Shown piece by piece: positions 59,206 to 64,000 of a DNA stretch of 64,000 bases (its first letter is position 1; every line of letters begins with the position of its first letter). The notes under the pieces were generated by a model. It made no database searches, was not told the origin of the DNA, and worked only from the letters and a program-made list of their open reading frames with translations. The position numbers and the translations under genes are program-made. The stretch is from Polyangiaceae bacterium (GTDB lineage: Bacteria > Myxococcota_A > Polyangia > Polyangiales > Polyangiaceae), in assembly GCA_044222475.1 (NCBI GenBank), contig JBGANF010000004.1, positions 32,001-96,000 of the forward strand, read 5' to 3'.

Positions 59206-61343
59206 GACGACTCGGTCTCTTGCTCCTCGCAGCGCTCGTCCCGCTTGCGATCGGCTGCCCCAAGGCGCAATCGCACTCGACCAAAGCCGACGGCACCGAG
59301 CAGGTGACCGGGCCCCGCGCGCCCGGCGGGTTCGTCGTCGCGGAGGCGATCTACGACGGCGGCTTCAAGAACGGCTGGCAGGACTGGGGGTGGACCAAGC
59401 GAGACTTCGACGCAGGCGCCGCGAAGCTCTCCTTCGCGAACTACGGGGGATGGATCCTCGCGAAGCCCGGGCTCTCCGGATCGTGGGGCGGCATCACGTT
59501 CCGCTACCGCGCGCCGACCTCGCTCGGCGACTTCCTCGAAGTCCGAGTCGAGTCCGCCCAGAAGGATCACCTGCCGCAGGTCCGGGTCACGACGAAGCAC
59601 AAGGCGGCCGTCGAAGACGGCTGGACCGAAGTCTTCATCCCGATCGCCGAGCTCGCTCCCGAGGACGCCGCGTTCGACCGCATCGTCATTCGCGCGCCGA
59701 TCGCGATCGCTTCGGACACCGTCGAGATCGACAAGATCGGGCTCACGACCGGGACCGACGCCGGGGCGAAGCCCGTCGCGACGAAAGCGGTCGCGCTCTC
59801 GGTCGATTGCCGCGGCAAGGTCTCGCCGATCAGCCCGCTGATCTACGGCATCGCGTACGACTTCATGGGCGACGCGAAGCAGACGCACCAGCACACCGTC
59901 GGTGCCACGACGCGGCGCTGGGGCGGAAACGCCTCCACGCGCTACAACTGGGAGCACGGACACGCCTGGAACACCGCGAACGATTGGTACTTCGAGAACG
60001 TCGACTACTCCGGTGATCCGACGTTCTCGTACAAGAGCTTCCTCGTCGCCAACCTCGACAAGGGCTACGCCACCGCGTTGACCGTACCGATCATCGGGTG
60101 GGTCGCGAAGGACACCGTCGCGAACGGCTTCCCGACGGACGTCTTCCCGAAGCAACAAGCCTCCGACCCCGGCGGTCGAGCGGCCGGCAACGGCAAAGGC
60201 GCGGACGGCAAGGAGCTCACGCCGCTCGCGCCGTCGCAGACCAGCATGCCGGCTCCGCCCGAGTTCATCGGTCGATGGGTCGAAGCCATCAAGAAGCTCG
60301 ACGCCGAGAAGGGCAAGCGCTCGGTTGCGATCTACATCCTCGACAACGAGCCGGCGCTCTGGAACTCGACCCATCGCGACGTCCACCCTCAAGCCGTCGG
60401 CTACGACGAGCTGCTCGACCGCACGATCCGCTACGGCGCCGCGATCCGAAAGGCCGATCCCGACGCGAAGATCGCGGGGCCGGCCGAGTGGGGCTGGCCG
60501 GCGTACTCGTACTCCGCGAAGGATGCCCTCGCCGGCTTCAGCGTCCACCCCGATCGCCTGATCCACGGCAACAAGCCGCTCCTCGCCTGGTACCTCGAGA
60601 AGCTCAAGGAGTACGAGACCAAGACGAAGACGCGGATCCTCGATCTGCTCGACGTCCACTTTTATCCGCAGGGGACGAACGTCTACGGTGAAGCCGCCGA
60701 CGGTCCAACCGCCGCGCTCCGCGTCCGTTCGGCGCGCGCGCTCTGGGACCCGACCTACAAGGACGAGTCGTGGATCGACGAGCCCGTGAGGCTCCTCCCG
60801 CGACTTCACGAGTGGATCGACCAGAACTACCCGGGCCGCGGGATCCAAATCGGCGAGTGGAGCTTCGGCGGCGAGTCGCACGTGTCGGGCGGCGTCGCCG
60901 TCGCGGAGGCGCTCGGCCGGTTCGCGCAGAACGACGTCACGTCCGCGTACTACTGGGTGTACCCGAAGGACGCGTCGCCCGCGTACTGGGCGTTCCGGAT
61001 GTACCGCAACTTCGACGGCAAAGGCGGGCACTTCCAAGATCTCAACGTGCCGACCACCGGACCGAGCGCGACCAACCAGGTGTCGCTCTTCGCGTCGATC
61101 GACGCTGCGCGGAAGAAGCTCGTGCTCGTCGCGATCAACCTCGGCAAAGATCAGAACGTCGACGCGACCATCGATCTCGGCGCGTGTGGCGCCGCCGCGA
61201 CGCGGCGCACGTACGCGTACACCGGACAGTCGACCGGACCGCAAGCCAGCGCCGAGATCAAGTCCGAGGGCTCGAAGGTGATCCAGAACATGCCGCCGTG
61301 GAGCATCACCGTCCTCGACGTCGATCTGGAGCCACCGAAGTGA
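59202..61343 (+). CDS. Glycoside hydrolase family 44 lipoprotein (EpsB-like)
   Basis: ISPLIYG, RWGGNASTRYNW, LDNEPALWNSTHRDVHP, LDVHFYPQ, GEWSFGG. Confidence 0.88.
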   Translation: MRRLGLLLLAALVPLAIGCPKAQSHSTKADGTEQVTGPRAPGGFVVAEAIYDGGFKNGWQDWGWTKRDFDAGAAKLSFANYGGWILAKPGLSGSWGGITFRYRAPTSLGDFLEVRVESAQKDHLPQVRVTTKHKAAVEDGWTEVFIPIAELAPEDAAFDRIVIRAPIAIASDTVEIDKIGLTTGTDAGAKPVATKAVALSVDCRGKVSPISPLIYGIAYDFMGDAKQTHQHTVGATTRRWGGNASTRYNWEHGHAWNTANDWYFENVDYSGDPTFSYKSFLVANLDKGYATALTVPIIGWVAKDTVANGFPTDVFPKQQASDPGGRAAGNGKGADGKELTPLAPSQTSMPAPPEFIGRWVEAIKKLDAEKGKRSVAIYILDNEPALWNSTHRDVHPQAVGYDELLDRTIRYGAAIRKADPDAKIAGPAEWGWPAYSYSAKDALAGFSVHPDRLIHGNKPLLAWYLEKLKEYETKTKTRILDLLDVHFYPQGTNVYGEAADGPTAALRVRSARALWDPTYKDESWIDEPVRLLPRLHEWIDQNYPGRGIQIGEWSFGGESHVSGGVAVAEALGRFAQNDVTSAYYWVYPKDASPAYWAFRMYRNFDGKGGHFQDLNVPTTGPSATNQVSLFASIDAARKKLVLVAINLGKDQNVDATIDLGACGAAATRRTYAYTGQSTGPQASAEIKSEGSKVIQNMPPWSITVLDVDLEPPK

Positions 61344-62098
61344 CCCGGGCGTTCTTCGGCCGCGTCCCGGTCGATCCGCTCACCCTGGAGGACGCCGTCG
61401 ACGCCATCGTCGATCTGGTTCGCGCGGGCCGGGGCGGCTACGTCGTCACGCCCAACGTCGACCACGTCGTCCTCGCCGAGACGGACGTCGCGTTTCGACA
61501 CGCCTACGTCGAGTCGGCGCTGTCGCTCGCCGACGGGATGCCGGTGGTCTGGGCGTCGCGTGTGCTCGGCGCGCCCTTGCCGGCGAAGGTGTCGGGCTCC
61601 GATGTAGCCGGGCCCCTCCTCGAGCGCGCCGCCAAGGAGCGGCTGCGCCTCTACCTGCTCGGAGGCGGTCCCGGGGCGGCCGAGCGCGCAGCGAAGACGA
61701 TCGCGGAACGCTGGCCCGGCGTCACGATCGCCGGGACGAGCGCTCCGCTCGTCCGCGCCGACGCGCCGCGCTCCGAGCTCCTCGCGCTGGCCGCTCCGGT
61801 GATCGACGCCAAGCCCGACCTCGTCTTCGTGTGCCTCGGCGCGCCGAAGCAGGAGGTCCTGATGCACGCCGTCCATCGCGAGCTCGCGCCGGCCGTGCTC
61901 CTCGGCTTCGGTGCGGTCGTGGATTTCCTGGCTGGCAACGTGACGCGCGCGCCGCGGTGGATGTCGGAGAACGGCCTCGAGTGGGCGTACCGGCTGGGCA
62001 AGGAGCCGAGGCGGATGTGGCGTCGCTACCTCCTCCGCGATCCGAAGTTCGCGTGGATCGTCGCACGCGACGCGCTGCTCCGATCGCGCTCGCGATGA
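61340..62098 (+). CDS. WecB/TagA/CpsF glycosyltransferase (EpsA-like)
   Basis: VVTPNVDH, ADGMPVVW, GAPKQE, RAPRWMSENGLEWAYRLGKEPRRMWRRYL. Confidence 0.93.
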   Translation: MTRAFFGRVPVDPLTLEDAVDAIVDLVRAGRGGYVVTPNVDHVVLAETDVAFRHAYVESALSLADGMPVVWASRVLGAPLPAKVSGSDVAGPLLERAAKERLRLYLLGGGPGAAERAAKTIAERWPGVTIAGTSAPLVRADAPRSELLALAAPVIDAKPDLVFVCLGAPKQEVLMHAVHRELAPAVLLGFGAVVDFLAGNVTRAPRWMSENGLEWAYRLGKEPRRMWRRYLLRDPKFAWIVARDALLRSRSR

Positions 62099-62114
62099 TC
62101 GCACCCAGTTGGAG

Positions 62115-63068
62115 TCATCCGTCGCTCGCGACCTCGACGCGGTTCCTCCCCCGCTCCTTCGCGACGTAGAGCGCCCGGTCCGCGCGGCGCAGACAATCGT
62201 CGGCCGTCGAGTCGCGCTCCGCGTCGAGGAGCGCGATGCCGAAGCTGACGGTGAGCGGCTCGCCCTCCACCCCGCCGATGCCGAGGTCGCGGATCGCGAG
62301 CCTCACGCGGTTCATCGCGCTCGCCGCGTCCGACAACGTCTGCTCGGGCAAGACGACGACGAACTCCTCGCCGCCATAGCGAAAGAGGCCGTCGCCCTCG
62401 CGGAGCTGACCGCGGATCGCGCTCGCGACCTGCTGGAGCGCGGCGTCGCCCTCGAGGTGACCGCGGCGATCGTTGTACTGCTTGAAGAAGTCGATGTCGC
62501 CGATCGCGAGCGCCAGGCGATGATCGTAGCGCTTCGCGCGCGCCCACAGCGCGCGGAGCTGCTCGTCCATCGCGAGCCGGTTTCCGATCTGAGTCAACGG
62601 ATCGACCCGCGCGATTCGGAACGAGCGCTGACTGTCGCTTCGAAGCATCGCGTTCTTCTCGGAGAGCCGGCGGTGAAGCCCGACGACTCGCGCCGCCGAC
62701 ACCAGTCGCGCGCCGAGCTCGTCGAGCTCGACGGGCTTCGTCTGGTAATCGTCGGCGCCGGCTTCCATCCCGATCACGAAGTGTTGCTTGTCGGAGAAGC
62801 TCGTCATGAGGATGAAGTACGTGTACGAGCCGGCGTCTTCCGCGCGGATCCTCCGGAGCAGCTCGATCCCGTCCATGCGCGGCATCTGCCAGTCGCACAG
62901 GATGACGTCGGCCGGCGCATGGCGGTGGATGTCCCACGCCTCGAGCCCGTCGGTCGCGCTCCGGCACGTGTACCCGAGGAACGCCACGGCTGCAGACACG
63001 GCTTCACGGGCCGCAGGGTCGTCATCCACCACCAGCACGTTGATCGGGACCGAGGGGGCGTTGGCCAC
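62115..63068 (-). CDS. REC-GGDEF diguanylate cyclase
   Basis: VLVVDDD...CDWQMP...[13 protein letters not shown]-site [25 protein letters not shown]. Start position approximate. Confidence 0.93.
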   Translation of the reverse strand: MANAPSVPINVLVVDDDPAAREAVSAAVAFLGYTCRSATDGLEAWDIHRHAPADVILCDWQMPRMDGIELLRRIRAEDAGSYTYFILMTSFSDKQHFVIGMEAGADDYQTKPVELDELGARLVSAARVVGLHRRLSEKNAMLRSDSQRSFRIARVDPLTQIGNRLAMDEQLRALWARAKRYDHRLALAIGDIDFFKQYNDRRGHLEGDAALQQVASAIRGQLREGDGLFRYGGEEFVVVLPEQTLSDAASAMNRVRLAIRDLGIGGVEGEPLTVSFGIALLDAERDSTADDCLRRADRALYVAKERGRNRVEVASDG

Positions 63069-63082
63069 GAAGGATCCTTCGA

Positions 63083-63098
63083 AGCACGATTCGTTCCA
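63083..63098 (-). promoter_or_regulatory. Putative sigma-54 promoter of the diguanylate cyclase
   Basis: Minus strand TGGAACG-AATC-GTGCT. Confidence 0.55.
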
Positions 63099-63173
63099 GC
63101 TCGTCCTCCGAGGGCGCCCAGCAGGGGAGGTGCAGGGTCTGCGCCGACGCGCAATCCGTCGAGCCAAAAACGT

Positions 63174-63189
63174 TGGCCCGGCCCGTGCA
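63174..63189 (+). promoter_or_regulatory. Putative sigma-54 promoter of ftsH
   Basis: TGGCCCG-GCCC-GTGCA, 37 nt before ATG 63227. Confidence 0.45.
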
Positions 63190-63226
63190 AAGGCCTGCTT
63201 TCATGGCAGGTACGATGCGTGAGCGC

Positions 63227-64000
63227 ATGCGCCCCTTTCGGGGAGCCATCATCGTCCTCTTGGTCGTACTCGTCGGGCTCTGGGCGCTCCGCGAGGCCTT
63301 GGTCCGCCCGCCGCGAGCGATCCCGTACTCCGACCTCGTGAAGGCGGTCGACGATGGGGCAGTCACCCGCGCCGATTTTCGCCCCGACGAGATCGACGTC
63401 GTCCTCCGTGGGGACGACGTGAAGCCCAAGGAAGAGGTCGTCGTTCAGCGCGTCCCGAACGTCGACGAGCATGCGCTCGTCGACGCGATGACGAAAAAGG
63501 GAGTCGAGGTCACTGGCGTACCCGAGCGCACGTCGCTGTGGGGGCCGCTGCTGTGGGGCCTGCTGGCGCTGATCTCGTTTCCCCTCGTGCTGTGGGGTCT
63601 CAGCGGGCTCGGCGGCGCCCGCGGCCAGCCGATGACGTTCGGGCGCAGCAAGGCCCGCCTCTACGACAAGAGCGCCGAGAACAAGATGACGTTCGCCGAC
63701 GTCGCCGGCGTCGACGAAGCCAAAGGCGAGCTCCTCGAGGTCGTGCGCTTTCTCCGCGAGCCGGAGCGGTACCGCGCGGTGGGCGCACACGTACCGAAGG
63801 GAGTCCTCCTCGTCGGCGCGCCGGGGACCGGCAAGACGCTCCTCGCTCGAGCGGTCGCCGGCGAGTCCGGGGTGCCGTTCTTCTCCATGTCGGGCTCCGA
63901 GTTCGTCGAGATGTTCGTCGGCGTCGGCGCGAGCCGAGTGCGCGATCTCTTCGAGCAGGCGAAGAGCCGCGCCCCCTGCATCATCTTCATCGACGAGCTC
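63227..64000 (+). CDS. ftsH: ATP-dependent zinc metalloprotease FtsH (5' partial)
   Basis: Not in the ORF track. Two TMs, [76 protein letters not shown]. Confidence 0.95.
   Translation, partial: MRPFRGAIIVLLVVLVGLWALREALVRPPRAIPYSDLVKAVDDGAVTRADFRPDEIDVVLRGDDVKPKEEVVVQRVPNVDEHALVDAMTKKGVEVTGVPERTSLWGPLLWGLLALISFPLVLWGLSGLGGARGQPMTFGRSKARLYDKSAENKMTFADVAGVDEAKGELLEVVRFLREPERYRAVGAHVPKGVLLVGAPGTGKTLLARAVAGESGVPFFSMSGSEFVEMFVGVGASRVRDLFEQAKSRAPCIIFIDEL

Overview
High-GC window whose gene content (Cys-rich lipoproteins, sigma-54 regulators, Myxococcus-type eps genes) suggests a myxobacterium, probably Polyangiaceae/Labilithrix-like (inference). Contents in order: (1) a minus-strand cluster of permuted NlpC/P60 lipoprotein, Asp/Asn beta-hydroxylase-like dioxygenase, glutaminase-less asparagine-synthetase-like ligase, conserved hypothetical and cupin, interrupted by a REP-associated tyrosine transposase (RAYT) flanked by a structured hexamer-repeat/hairpin element; (2) acyl-CoA dehydrogenase, a LysR/oxidoreductase pair, lipoproteins, a planctomycete-type DUF1549/DUF1553 plus DUF1501 pair, class III adenylate cyclase and an Uup-like ABC-F; (3) a type I secretion-like ABC/HlyD/TolC operon with a sigma-54 promoter, a divergent kinase plus sigma-54 activator, and Hsp20 genes; (4) boxB-boxA; (5) a second ABC-F, Cys-rich lipoproteins, a peroxisome-like MFE-2 (3 SCP2 domains) plus SCPx-type thiolase, and patatin; (6) an eps-like Wzx/Wzy-type exopolysaccharide cluster whose priming transferase carries an N-terminal MshEN-like motif, followed by a REC-GGDEF cyclase and the 5' part of ftsH. 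No rRNA, tRNA or CRISPR array was recognised. All calls come from motifs read by eye; no database search was run.
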